IMG/VR virus record: IMGVR_UViG_2541047745_000011
Coordinates: 1-43,359 of that record
DNA length: 43,359 nucleotides
Strand: one strand, 5' to 3'
Source of the DNA: a virus
Lineage: Duplodnaviria; Heunggongvirae; Uroviricota; Caudoviricetes
A model generated the notes under the pieces. The model worked only from the letters and a program-made list of their open reading frames with translations. It ran no database searches and was not told the origin of the DNA. Position numbers and translations under genes: made by a program. Shown piece by piece: positions 31,846 through 41,657 of this stretch. The number at the start of each line of letters is the position of its first letter. Position 1 is the first letter of the stretch.

Positions 31846-31880
31846 TTGCTATCTCCTTCCCGTTGTTGAATAAGGTGAGT

Positions 31881-31934
31881 TTACCTGCAGGTAAAAAACA
31901 AATCAATACCCACAGGTTATTTACCGATAGGTAA
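31881..31934. promoter_or_regulatory. OR operator region: palindromes TTACCTGCAGGTAA and TTACCGATAGGTAA between cro-like and cI genes
   Basis: Perfect 14-bp palindrome at 31881-31894 and related site at 31921-31934 in the 108-bp divergent intergenic region. Confidence 0.6.
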
Positions 31935-31953
31935 TCAAAGATAGAATTAAATC

Positions 31954-32640
31954 ATGGATAAATACGAACAAAGACGACTAAGGCTGATAGAGATAAGAGA
32001 CCGATTCTGTAATGGAAAGGCCTCAGAGTTGGCTCGTCGAATAGAAAGGGAACCATCATACGTTTCCAGAATGCTGTATCCGGAAGGAAAAAGCGGAAAA
32101 AAACGCATTGCTGACGATATGATGGAACTAATTGAAAAATCTTTTAATCTCCCACGCGGATGGATGGACATGCTTGCAGATAGCAAAGTTGGATCTGCAG
32201 ACCATCTTGAGTTTGCGGGTAACGTTCGTGCGGGTTTTGTTCCGGTAATTGGTGAAGCCGTTTTGGGAGTTGATGGCTCAGTGGATATGATTGAATTCAG
32301 ATCCGGTTGGTTAAGCATCTACAGTGGCGATAAAGATGCTTACGGTCTGAAGGTTAAGGGTGACAGCATGTGGCCAAGGATTCAGTCAGGAGAATATGTT
32401 GTTATTGAACCAAATACGCCAGTACATCCAGGTGATGAAGTCTTTGTAAGGACCAAAGATGGTCATAACATGATAAAGATCATGAACAAAACAAGAGACG
32501 GAGACTATCAGTTTAGTAGTATAAACAGCGATCACCGTCCAATCACTCTTCCTGTTGAAGAAGTTGATAAAATGCATTTTGTTTCAGCTATTGTGAAACA
32601 CACTAGGTACGTAGACCAGGACGATCTGCCAAAATTTTGA
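31954..32640 (+). CDS. CI-type prophage repressor (N-terminal HTH, C-terminal LexA/S24-like autocleavage domain)
   Basis: 228 aa; C-terminal domain with GDSM (Ser nucleophile) and downstream Lys; divergent from cro-like gene. Confidence 0.85.
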   Translation: MDKYEQRRLRLIEIRDRFCNGKASELARRIEREPSYVSRMLYPEGKSGKKRIADDMMELIEKSFNLPRGWMDMLADSKVGSADHLEFAGNVRAGFVPVIGEAVLGVDGSVDMIEFRSGWLSIYSGDKDAYGLKVKGDSMWPRIQSGEYVVIEPNTPVHPGDEVFVRTKDGHNMIKIMNKTRDGDYQFSSINSDHRPITLPVEEVDKMHFVSAIVKHTRYVDQDDLPKF

Positions 32641-32951
32641 GGATAAAGCAGCAAATGTTTATACCAGGTATAGTGGTCGCTGTTGTAATCATCTGCTTCA
32701 TATGGGCAAAGTTATCTCCTGTAAGCTCTAAGCATACAGCTGAACTCATGAAGAAGAAGCATCTTATACATGAGGCAGAAACGATAATTAAGAAGTTCAA
32801 AGGCATGTCATATGACGACATGTCATCAGATCAGATTGCTATGTATAAATGCGCCATTGAGCGTCTTGACTACTTAAACGGACTCAAACCCAAACACACC
32901 CCGGTAGAATCAAAATTGCCGCAATGGCCAAGCAATCCAAATAGCTTCTGA
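32637..32951 (+). CDS. Membrane protein of unknown function, translationally coupled to cI (rex/sieB-equivalent position)
   Basis: Start overlaps cI stop (ATGA); N-terminal hydrophobic helix IPGIVVAVVIICFIWA; followed by a strong terminator. Confidence 0.5.
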   Translation: MRIKQQMFIPGIVVAVVIICFIWAKLSPVSSKHTAELMKKKHLIHEAETIIKKFKGMSYDDMSSDQIAMYKCAIERLDYLNGLKPKHTPVESKLPQWPSNPNSF

Positions 32952-32962
32952 CATCTCCTTTC

Positions 32963-32986
32963 AGCCCGCAAAGCGGGCTTTTTTAT
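32963..32986 (+). terminator. Rho-independent terminator ending the cI operon
   Basis: AGCCCGC-AAA-GCGGGCT followed by TTTTTTA. Confidence 0.7.
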
Positions 32987-33004
32987 ATCAATCCAAAAAA
33001 TTAA

Positions 33005-33087
33005 TTACCTGAAAATTCAAACAGGTAAACTCTCACACTAATTTTATTTACCTGCAGGTATAGACAACAGTTTTACCTGTAGGTATA
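33005..33087. promoter_or_regulatory. OL operator / PL promoter region with TTACCTGCAGGTAT and TTACCTGTAGGTAT sites
   Basis: Same half-sites as OR (33048-33061 and 33074-33087) plus split site TACCTG-N10-CAGGTA at 33005-33026; upstream of nutL and N. Confidence 0.55.
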
Positions 33088-33128
33088 TTTTAAGCCATCA
33101 GCAGGACGCACTAACCACCATGAAGGTG

Positions 33129-33160
33129 ATGCTCTTAAAAATTAAGCCCTGAAGAAGGGC
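33129..33160 (+). promoter_or_regulatory. nutL (boxA GCTCTTAAAAATTAA, boxB GCCCTGAAGAAGGGC)
   Basis: Matches lambda nutL boxA/boxB. Confidence 0.8.
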
Positions 33161-33317
33161 AGCATTCAAAGCAGAAGGCTTTGGTGTGTGTGATACGAAA
33201 CGAAGCATTGGCCGGAAGTGCGAATCCGGATTAGCTGCCAATGTGCCATTGCGGGGTGTTTTCGTTCAGGACTACGACTCCCACACACAACCAAAGCTAA
33301 CTGACAGGAGAATCCAG

Positions 33318-34215
<898 letters not shown>

Positions 34216-34339
34216 TTAAAAGACAGGCATACTAATAAACACTGCACTGTGTATTCATTCCAACGAGTGAATACACGGAGCAATGTCGCTCGTAACTAAA
34301 CAGGAGCCGACTTGTTCTGATTATTGGAAATCTTCTTTG

Positions 34340-34364
34340 CCCTCCAGTGTGAGGGCCTTTTTAT
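34340..34364 (+). terminator. Rho-independent terminator (tL-like) upstream of cIII
   Basis: GCCCTC-cagtgt-GAGGGC followed by CTTTTTA. Confidence 0.5.
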
Positions 34365-34428
34365 ATGCATACCAATAACGCTTCACTTGAGGCGTTTTCG
34401 TTATGCAATCAAATATAAGGAGTTACCC

Positions 34429-34563
34429 ATGATGCACTTTCAGCTCGCGGGTAGCGGCGTCATGTCCGCTTTCTACCCGCACGAATCTGAATTATCACGC
34501 CGAGTTAAACAATTAATCAGAGCAGCAAAGAAACAACTGGAGGCGTTATGCGCAATGAAATAG
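34429..34563 (+). CDS. CIII-like protein (FtsH inhibitor family), tentative
   Basis: 44 aa with AAGGAG RBS; amphipathic segment PHESELSRRVKQLIRAAKKQLEAL resembles the lambda CIII core; not in ORF track as separate start. Confidence 0.45.
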   Translation: MMHFQLAGSGVMSAFYPHESELSRRVKQLIRAAKKQLEALCAMK

Positions 34564-34700
34564 CCATCAATCACCAGATGCTTCGTGCAGCACAAAACAA
34601 AGCAGTAATAGCCAGATTTATTGGTGATTCAAAAATGTGGCTTGAAGCAAATAAAGCGATGAAATCAGCTATCAACCTTCCGTGGTATCGCAGGAAATGA
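34548..34700 (+). CDS. Kil-like small protein, tentative
   Basis: 50 aa, MRNEIAINHQMLRAAQNKAVIARFIGDSKMWLEANKAMK resembles lambda Kil (..IATFIGDEKMFREAVDAYKK) from memory; below track size cutoff. Confidence 0.45.
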   Translation: MRNEIAINHQMLRAAQNKAVIARFIGDSKMWLEANKAMKSAINLPWYRRK

Positions 34701-34781
34701 GTTTTACAGATAACTGGTCAGACGAAGAATTCATTCGTCAGATGAACAAAATGCTCAATCAGCACAAAGAACAGGAGAAAG

Positions 34782-35093
34782 ATGATGATTCTGACTCTGA
34801 ATGATAAGCGTGAAATATCGCAAATAATCGCAAGTTTTACTGATGAAGATTACGAGCGAATCAACAGTGAAGTTGATCGCCTCTGCAAACGTTGCGACCC
34901 AATAAGCGAAATGCTTCGCTCATATAAACCAGATGAACACACTAAGGACGCTATCGACTGGCTGGAAGATGATGACTGTAACTATCAGGAAAAAGCCGCT
35001 GAATGGTTCTGGGATGCAATAACCGAAAGAGTTAAGGCTGAATATGCCTTCGCAATATTCAAACGCAGACATATTTATGGAGAAGCTGCATGA
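34782..35093 (+). CDS. Hypothetical acidic protein coupled to recT
   Basis: 103 aa; stop overlaps recT start (ATGA). Confidence 0.4.
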   Translation: MMILTLNDKREISQIIASFTDEDYERINSEVDRLCKRCDPISEMLRSYKPDEHTKDAIDWLEDDDCNYQEKAAEWFWDAITERVKAEYAFAIFKRRHIYGEAA

Positions 35094-36001
35094 GCAATAT
35101 CGTTGAATTCGTTAAACAGCAAGAGCAGTTATTCTGCGGAGCATTGACTGAACAGACGGTGACATGGGCTAAGGAAAGCCAGTTTGCAATTCAGTATTTC
35201 CAGAAAAACGATTACCTGGCTAAAACAGCACTGGCAAATCCAACCAGCGCACAGAACGCCATCATCAACGTTGCGGCGATCGGCATCACCTTAAACCCTG
35301 CAAGCAAACTGGCTTATCTAGTTCCGCGCGATGGCATGGTTTGCCTTGATATCAGCTATATGGGATTGCTTCATATTGCAATGGAGTCTGGTGTTATCTC
35401 ATGGGGTCAGGCAAAACTTGTTCATGCTAACGATACCTATGAGTCAAACGGGCTTGATAAAGCACCAACCCATAAATACAACGCCTTCGGTGATCGTGGT
35501 GATATCGTTGGCGTTTACTGCACAGTTAAGACGCCGGCAGGTGATTATCTAACGGAAGAGATGAGTCTGGCTGAAATTGAGGCTGTAAGGAAAACAAGCA
35601 AGGCGGCATTCAGCGATAAAGGACCATGGGTAAATCACTGGAATGAGATGGCGCGAAAGACGGTCGTAAAGCGTGCAAGCAAGTATTGGCCTAAGGCATC
35701 ACGTCTTGATAGTGCTATTCACGTACTAAACGAAGAAGAAGGTGTGTGGACTGAACCAGTTATGCCGCACAAATCAGAGGAAGATATCCGCGAAGATGAA
35801 CGGAAACGCCAGCAGGAAATAATGGATAAAGCACAACTTCTTTGCGATGAAATGGCTCAGGCAGAAAACATGGACGATTTGAAGCGATATTTTGCAGAAG
35901 CATATCGCCTGACATCTGGAATGAAATTGCAGCAGAACGTACAAGCCATTTACGCAGAATGCAAAGCGAAACTGGAGGTTGCCAGTGAGCAAACTATATG
36001 A
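35090..36001 (+). CDS. recT: RecT-family single-strand annealing recombinase
   Basis: SDKGPWVNHWNEMARKTVVKRASKYWP resembles the RecT motif ..GPWVTHWEEMAKKTAIRRLFKYLP. Confidence 0.85.
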   Translation: MSNIVEFVKQQEQLFCGALTEQTVTWAKESQFAIQYFQKNDYLAKTALANPTSAQNAIINVAAIGITLNPASKLAYLVPRDGMVCLDISYMGLLHIAMESGVISWGQAKLVHANDTYESNGLDKAPTHKYNAFGDRGDIVGVYCTVKTPAGDYLTEEMSLAEIEAVRKTSKAAFSDKGPWVNHWNEMARKTVVKRASKYWPKASRLDSAIHVLNEEEGVWTEPVMPHKSEEDIREDERKRQQEIMDKAQLLCDEMAQAENMDDLKRYFAEAYRLTSGMKLQQNVQAIYAECKAKLEVASEQTI

Positions 36002-36467
36002 AATTGCCAATGAATACGCAAAATTGATGGATTCAGATTTAGAACCAGAGATGATTGCTGACACAATAGAAGGCATGGAAGGAGAATTTACCGATAAAAT
36101 AGAGCAACTTCTTTCCATTATTAAAAATGAATCTGGTTATGCCGAACGCCTCAAGGAAGAGGCAAAGTCACTGAATGAGCGAGCCGCAGTAATTCAAAAT
36201 AAGATTGACAGCATCAAATCATATATAGCGTCATCGCTTGAAATGGTTGGCAAGAAAAATATTCGAGCAGGTATTCACCAGGTAACAATCCGCAAACCGT
36301 CAGAAACTGTAGAAATCATCGACTCAAGCGCCCTTCCTCCTGAATACGTTGAGTTTGAAACGACAATTAAAGCCGACAAACTGGCAATCAAACACCAACT
36401 AAAAGCAGGAATAAATATCCCCGGCGCTCAACTCAAAGTTGGGAAACCTTCACTTCTTATCAAATAA
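35979..36467 (+). CDS. Hypothetical coiled-coil protein downstream of recT
   Basis: 162 aa overlapping the recT 3' end; N-terminal coiled coil then beta-rich region; family not resolved. Confidence 0.35.
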   Translation: MPVSKLYEIANEYAKLMDSDLEPEMIADTIEGMEGEFTDKIEQLLSIIKNESGYAERLKEEAKSLNERAAVIQNKIDSIKSYIASSLEMVGKKNIRAGIHQVTIRKPSETVEIIDSSALPPEYVEFETTIKADKLAIKHQLKAGINIPGAQLKVGKPSLLIK

Positions 36468-36478
36468 CGGTATCGCCT

Positions 36479-36793
36479 ATGAAAAAGACTCCATGGGAGA
36501 AATGGGAAGTCGATTTCTTGCGCGAAGTAGCGGCGACAATGCCAGTTGAAGTTATCGCTGAAAAACTGGAAAGGACTGAAAAAGCAGTAATGGCGAAAGC
36601 AACAAGGATTGGCGCTGACATTGTTAGCCGACTTCGTGGAAGACGCTGGACAAGAGCCGAAGTATCACTTTTCGGTAAGTTCTCCGCAGAAGAAATAGCA
36701 ATTGCAACCTGCCGCTCAATTTATTCAGTAAGAGCTATGCGATACAAGCTAAAAAAACTCGATGAAGAAAGAGAAGGCATACGAATAAATTAA
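36479..36793 (+). CDS. Hypothetical protein
   Basis: 104-aa ORF in PL operon. Confidence 0.4.
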   Translation: MKKTPWEKWEVDFLREVAATMPVEVIAEKLERTEKAVMAKATRIGADIVSRLRGRRWTRAEVSLFGKFSAEEIAIATCRSIYSVRAMRYKLKKLDEEREGIRIN

Positions 36794-36809
36794 CATGGAG
36801 TAATTAACA

Positions 36810-37091
36810 ATGAAGCTAAACATCGACCTAGGCAAATACGTTATTACCGGAACAAAACACGATCTGATTCTTAGTGAAATAGGAGTTATCAAAGAAGGTG
36901 ATAATGCAGGGAAAGAAACATTAAGTCGTATCGGTTATTACAGCAAGTTTGAGCATCTGGTAAAAGAGTTATGCAACCGTGAAATCCTGTTATCTCAGGC
37001 GCAGACGCTACAGGATATTCAGCAGCATATCGAGACTTTAGGTGTATCACTTAGCATGGCTATTGACCAGTTCGTGGAGAGTAAATCATGA
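36810..37091 (+). CDS. Hypothetical protein
   Basis: 93-aa ORF, AT-rich. Confidence 0.4.
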   Translation: MKLNIDLGKYVITGTKHDLILSEIGVIKEGDNAGKETLSRIGYYSKFEHLVKELCNREILLSQAQTLQDIQQHIETLGVSLSMAIDQFVESKS

Positions 37092-37230
37092 GAGGACTTG
37101 CATACAATCCCGGCATTCTTCCGGCAGAAATGATTATTCGCCAGCGCGTAAAGCCAATGCCATCGAGAGAGGAATTGCTTAAGAGAAATTCTTTTCCGTC
37201 AGTGAATCAAAACAAATATCTGAATGCGAT

Positions 37231-37671
37231 GTGGTGGAGTGGAAAGAAATGAAACAAATGACACTAATTGAGATGGATGGTTTTCTGAAAGGTAAATGCA
37301 TCCCACGAGATTTAAAGGTTAACGAAACAAATGCTGAGTATCTGGTGCGTAAATTTGCTGAAGCGGAGGCCAAGTGCGCGGCGCTGGCTGCTGAAGTTGA
37401 GGCTGTGAAATCAGCACATCAAGATGCTGTAAACACCATCATGTATACCGCCAATCGAACGGGTGTTTTATACACTGAGAAGGCAATTCAAATGTCCTGC
37501 AAAACCCCGGCCACCGACGCCTTCCTGGCTGAAATTGAACGCAAAGCAATCCGCAAGTTCATTAACAGCATTGAACACATCCTGCGTGACAAGCTGTCTC
37601 CGTATGACACCGAAGAGATGCTTGAGGCTATGCGTATTTTTCTGGAAGAACAGGAAGGTGAGCAAAAATGA
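37231..37671 (+). CDS. Hypothetical protein carrying ATDAFLAE motif
   Basis: 146-aa ORF; shares [14 protein letters not shown] segment with the Ea22-like protein at 38604-39212. Confidence 0.4.
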   Translation: MVEWKEMKQMTLIEMDGFLKGKCIPRDLKVNETNAEYLVRKFAEAEAKCAALAAEVEAVKSAHQDAVNTIMYTANRTGVLYTEKAIQMSCKTPATDAFLAEIERKAIRKFINSIEHILRDKLSPYDTEEMLEAMRIFLEEQEGEQK

Positions 37672-37979
37672 TGATCACAAAACAACGTGTAGAAGAAATC
37701 ATATCCCGTATTGAAATGTATGGGCATGGTTCCGGGTATACCGCTGATGAGGTTTATGACCTTGCTGTACTGGCGCTGAATTTATCAAATATCGCAAAAC
37801 TCAAGCGATACGAGCTTGATATGGATGGTTGTGACTCGTTCGGTCAGGATTGTGGCGCTGACATGACTGAAGATTCTGATGGCGATTATGTCCTGTTTGA
37901 TGACGTGGTTAAGTTGTTTGAGTTTGATACAACCACTCAAAAGTTAGAAATCCCGGCAAAGGAGGCAACCAGTGAATAA
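37668..37979 (+). CDS. Hypothetical acidic protein
   Basis: 103-aa ORF overlapping neighbours. Confidence 0.4.
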   Translation: MMITKQRVEEIISRIEMYGHGSGYTADEVYDLAVLALNLSNIAKLKRYELDMDGCDSFGQDCGADMTEDSDGDYVLFDDVVKLFEFDTTTQKLEIPAKEATSE

Positions 37980-38616
37980 CCGCTTTTACATGATGTGCTT
38001 GCGTGAAACTGTAGGTAATAACGCCTCATTCCATTGCCATAACGGCAATGGTTACAGTTCTGATATCGATCGCGCTCATGTTTACACGCTGGAAGAAGCC
38101 CAAAAAACCTGGAATTGTGGTCGAGATATCGATCAGCCTGTTTGCGCTGATAGCGTGGATGCAATGGCAGTGTGGCACGTTGATTGCCAGTACATCCCTA
38201 CAGAAAGCCTGATTGAGCCAGATTGCACTGCGTATGTGGCCTATAAAAAAGGTTGCTGGAATGGCAACGATGTTTATTGGCTTCAACACGGTGGATTGCC
38301 AACAGATGACTTCAGTAAAGCGACCATCTTTAGCGTCGCCAACAAAAACGAACCAGGAATAATTTGGTTGCCATTTCCCATTGCTGATGCAGCAAAGCGC
38401 CGGACGTTCAATATCAATAACTTTAACCGCAGAACAATGGTTCAGGGCGCAGGTTTGGTCATGCCTGACTGGTTGAAAGAGCAGAACAGAAGAAAGAAGT
38501 CGCGAAGCGGGAAGGTGCGTTGGAATTGTCCGCATTGCGGAAAAATAACCTGGCAGTACAGCCCATATGATTTTGAAGGCTGTAGTGATTACAACTGTGA
38601 AGGATGGCGAGAATGA
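37972..38616 (+). CDS. Hypothetical Cys-rich protein with C-terminal CPHCG zinc-ribbon-like motif
   Basis: 214-aa ORF with many Cys/His residues. Confidence 0.4.
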   Translation: MNNRFYMMCLRETVGNNASFHCHNGNGYSSDIDRAHVYTLEEAQKTWNCGRDIDQPVCADSVDAMAVWHVDCQYIPTESLIEPDCTAYVAYKKGCWNGNDVYWLQHGGLPTDDFSKATIFSVANKNEPGIIWLPFPIADAAKRRTFNINNFNRRTMVQGAGLVMPDWLKEQNRRKKSRSGKVRWNCPHCGKITWQYSPYDFEGCSDYNCEGWRE

Positions 38617-39212
38617 CAATTGACTATCAGGTACTGCGTGAGGCGGCAGAAAAGGCAACACCAGACGAATGGGTCGCATTTATTTCGACGGATACTGGTA
38701 CTTATGCGGTGCACACGCCCAGTGATGAACGATGTGAAGACGTTATCAAATGGACCGGCTTTGATGGACAGAAAAATGCAGAGAACAACGCTCGTCATGT
38801 TGCCGCGTTCAACCCAAAGGTTGCACTGGAGCTGCTTGGTGAAATTAAGTGCCTGGAGGACACAAATATTGATGCTATGTGTCGAATTGCAGAGCTTGAG
38901 ACTAATCGCGCGGCGCTGGTGGTGGAGAATGAGCTGGCTCGTAAAGCAGTTCAGGCATTCTGCGATGTTGTTGGCGACAACACTGAGGTTATCTGTGAGG
39001 AGGTTGGGAGAGATGGCGTTCTGGTTATTTTGGAGGCCATGAAGGCAACAGGAAATATGCCAGCCACCGACGCTTTCCTGGCTGAAGTACGGGCGCAGGG
39101 CGTGGAGATGGCTATGGAGCATATGCAGTCGAGCGGTTCGTTAACATTTGGAGATTGCTACATATCACTTAACGAGTTCGCCGCCCAGCTTCGCAAAGGA
39201 GGCAACCAGTGA
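38604..39212 (+). CDS. Ead/Ea22-like protein
   Basis: Start region MTIDYQVLREAAEKATPDEW typical of Ea22-like prophage proteins. Confidence 0.6.
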   Translation: MARMTIDYQVLREAAEKATPDEWVAFISTDTGTYAVHTPSDERCEDVIKWTGFDGQKNAENNARHVAAFNPKVALELLGEIKCLEDTNIDAMCRIAELETNRAALVVENELARKAVQAFCDVVGDNTEVICEEVGRDGVLVILEAMKATGNMPATDAFLAEVRAQGVEMAMEHMQSSGSLTFGDCYISLNEFAAQLRKGGNQ

Positions 39213-39748
39213 GCGAAATTAATTACCAGGCACTGCGTGAAAAGGCAGAGAAAGCAACGTGTGGTGTGTGGTCGCTAGAATATGGAGAGGGCCGATTTGA
39301 TGGTGATGATGCACTAATTCATCGCGAGGCTGCTGGATATATTCCCATTTGCAGAATTGAAGGAGCGCATCCAGAAAGCGGTTTCGATGAAGATTTCCAA
39401 ATGGAACAGCAGGCCAATGCTGAATTCATCGCCGCAGCCAGTCCAGCTACTGTGCTGGCGCTGCTGGATGAACGGGAAAGAAACCAGCAATACATAAAAC
39501 GCCGCGATCAGGAGAACGAGGATATTGCGCTAACGGTAGGGAAACTGCGTGTTGAGCTGGAAGCCGCAGAGAAGTGCATAGCAGAACTGTCTGCTAGCCA
39601 CAGCAAATTGCGCGACACAATGGCTGGCATCCACAACACAATCCGAATGGATGGCGGCTATACGCCACTGGCAGCAATCCTTAACGCTGCTAAACGCGCA
39701 TATGAAGAATCAGCAAGCGCAGCTGGCATTCGCATCAAAGGAGAGTGA
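39209..39748 (+). CDS. Ead/Ea22-like protein (tandem paralogue)
   Basis: MSEINYQALREKAEKATCGVW ... ANAEFIAAASPATVLALLDERE. Confidence 0.6.
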   Translation: MSEINYQALREKAEKATCGVWSLEYGEGRFDGDDALIHREAAGYIPICRIEGAHPESGFDEDFQMEQQANAEFIAAASPATVLALLDERERNQQYIKRRDQENEDIALTVGKLRVELEAAEKCIAELSASHSKLRDTMAGIHNTIRMDGGYTPLAAILNAAKRAYEESASAAGIRIKGE

Positions 39749-39749
39749 T

Positions 39750-40037
39750 ATGGCAACTTTGCAGGAATTAATCGACCTGACGCCAGAACAGGAAAAAGCG
39801 TGGAATCGCCTTGTGAAGGCTGTAAAGGATTTCAGGGCAGCCGGAGGAAAGTTTTATAGCGTCCTGGACACGCTGAGCGCATACAACGGCGAGCACGTTG
39901 CCAGCATTGATAACGATAAGGGCTACCACACTGCAAGCGTCTATATGCCTAGCATTGATGCGCCAGGGCTAACCAGTTGGGCTGATGATTGGCACGGCAT
40001 CACGCTGAAAGATGGCGTTGAAGTGGATGAGGACTAA
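39750..40037 (+). CDS. Hypothetical protein
   Basis: 95-aa ORF starting at ATG 39750 immediately after previous stop. Confidence 0.4.
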   Translation: MATLQELIDLTPEQEKAWNRLVKAVKDFRAAGGKFYSVLDTLSAYNGEHVASIDNDKGYHTASVYMPSIDAPGLTSWADDWHGITLKDGVEVDED

Positions 40038-40040
40038 CAT

Positions 40041-40976
40041 ATGACAACTTTCACCGACAAAGAACTGATTAAAGAAATCAAAGAGCGCATAGGCAGCCTG
40101 GACGTTCGAGACAATATTGAGCGCCGTGCTTATGAAATTGCACTGGCATCACTGGAAGCAAAACCAATAGGTGCATTCCACATTGCAGAACAGCAAGTTG
40201 ACGGCACAAGTGACTACCTCAAGGATGGAGAATGGCCTATTGATAATGGGATTATTGAAGTATACGCCGCCCCTCCAATGCCAGTAGTACCTGAAGAAAA
40301 ACCAATGCCCAACCCTCTTAAAATGTACGCGGTCGATGCTGTTGCCGCTATTGCAGAGGTGAGAGGCTGGAATGCCTGCCGCGCCGCCATGCTTCAGGGT
40401 GTCGAACCTGCAAGTAATCATGAAGAGTTGTCAGAGGAGAACGGATCATCGCTTCAATTGCGCAATTTAATCCGGCAGCGCCATGCTGAATGGTCAGATA
40501 AGACGTTTGGCTGTGTTGGTCCAGTTGGCCCGCTGAAACATCTCTCAAAAGAGGCACTGGAAGCCGCAGCCGAACCAGACGATCTTAGCGAGTGGGCTGA
40601 TATGCAGTTTCTGTTGTGGGATGCACAGCGCCGTGCTGGCATCAGCGATGCTGAAATTACCGCTGCTATGGAAGATAAATTGAAGATCAACATGGAGCGC
40701 CAGTGGCCTGAGCCAAAAGATGGTGAGCCTCGCTTGCACATTAAAGAACCCGGCAACTCTCCGGTAACTCCGGATGGTTGGATAAGCTGTAGTGATCGAA
40801 TGCCGGATACCAAAACAGCCGTTCTTGTTGCCGTGGAGTTTGACAGGAAAGGTGACTGGCGAATGAAATGGGCGACTTACATCCCGGGTCATCCTGACGC
40901 TAATGATGGGTGGATAATTCCTGGTGCGTCGTGGAAACCGTCACACTGGATGCCGCTACCAGAGCCTCCACTTTGA
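40041..40976 (+). CDS. DUF550/DUF551-type prophage protein (putative MazG-like nucleotide pyrophosphohydrolase domain)
   Basis: 311 aa; segment RQRHAEWSDKTFG...EWADMQFLLWDAQRRAGISDAEI resembles DUF550. Confidence 0.5.
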   Translation: MTTFTDKELIKEIKERIGSLDVRDNIERRAYEIALASLEAKPIGAFHIAEQQVDGTSDYLKDGEWPIDNGIIEVYAAPPMPVVPEEKPMPNPLKMYAVDAVAAIAEVRGWNACRAAMLQGVEPASNHEELSEENGSSLQLRNLIRQRHAEWSDKTFGCVGPVGPLKHLSKEALEAAAEPDDLSEWADMQFLLWDAQRRAGISDAEITAAMEDKLKINMERQWPEPKDGEPRLHIKEPGNSPVTPDGWISCSDRMPDTKTAVLVAVEFDRKGDWRMKWATYIPGHPDANDGWIIPGASWKPSHWMPLPEPPL

Positions 40977-41072
40977 AAGCGAAGCTTATACATATCTTTT
41001 ACATCAGCAATCTATTGTTAATCTCCAATCAATGTTACGTTGTCATCTCACTCATGCTTTGGAGGTAGTGAT

Positions 41073-41252
41073 ATGTCTTGTCCAAAATGCGGTTCTGGAA
41101 ATATTGCAAAAGAAAAAACAATGCGTGGATGGTCTGATGATTATGTGTGCTGCGATTGCGGATACAACTACTCTAAAGACGCATTTGGAGAGCGTGGTAA
41201 AAACGAGTTTGTCAAAATTAATAAAGAACGCGAAGGCAACGAAAAAAGCTAA
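41073..41252 (+). CDS. Small zinc-ribbon protein
   Basis: 59 aa, CPKCGSG...CCDCG; GGAGGT RBS. Confidence 0.45.
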   Translation: MSCPKCGSGNIAKEKTMRGWSDDYVCCDCGYNYSKDAFGERGKNEFVKINKEREGNEKS

Positions 41253-41317
41253 TTTATTTATTCATATATGAAAACAATGTAACCAATATTCGAATTGAAG
41301 AACTGAAAGAACACCAA

Positions 41318-41339
41318 GCCGCCTGATGGCGGTTTTTTA
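41318..41339 (+). terminator. Rho-independent terminator at the end of the PL operon
   Basis: GCCGCC-tgat-GGCGG followed by TTTTTTATT. Confidence 0.7.
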
Positions 41340-41348
41340 TTGCCTGAT

Positions 41349-41364
41349 TTGCAGGTTCGATTCC
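41349..41364 (+). other. tRNA T-arm-like fragment TTGCAGGTTCGATTCC (5' part of a tRNA 3' half)
   Basis: 16-nt match to a canonical tRNA T-stem/loop, consistent with tRNA-Arg argW from memory; no 5' tRNA body upstream. Confidence 0.5.
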
Positions 41365-41383
41365 CTATTCGGAGATAGCACTC

Positions 41384-41584
41384 ATGCAACACGAACTACA
41401 ACCTGATTCACTGGTTGATTTGAAATTCATCATGGCCGATACTGGCTTCGGTAAAACCTTCATCTACGACCGGATTAAGTCCGGCGACCTGCCAAAAGCC
41501 AAAGTTATCCACGGGCGAGCAAGATGGTTATATCGTGACCATTGTGAATTCAAAAATAAGCTCTTAAGCCGCGCCAATGGGTAA
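41384..41584 (+). CDS. alpA: AlpA-family excisionase-like regulator
   Basis: 66 aa, LVDLKFIMADTGFGKTFIYDRIKSGDLPKAKVIHGRARWLYRDHCEF, typical AlpA/Xis HTH; GGAGATA RBS. Confidence 0.8.
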   Translation: MQHELQPDSLVDLKFIMADTGFGKTFIYDRIKSGDLPKAKVIHGRARWLYRDHCEFKNKLLSRANG

Positions 41585-41657
41585 AATAGCGGGTAAAATA
41601 TTTTTCACATCTAAAAAACACCATTCCAATCAATCCCCTGCCGCGTCAAGTAGATGT

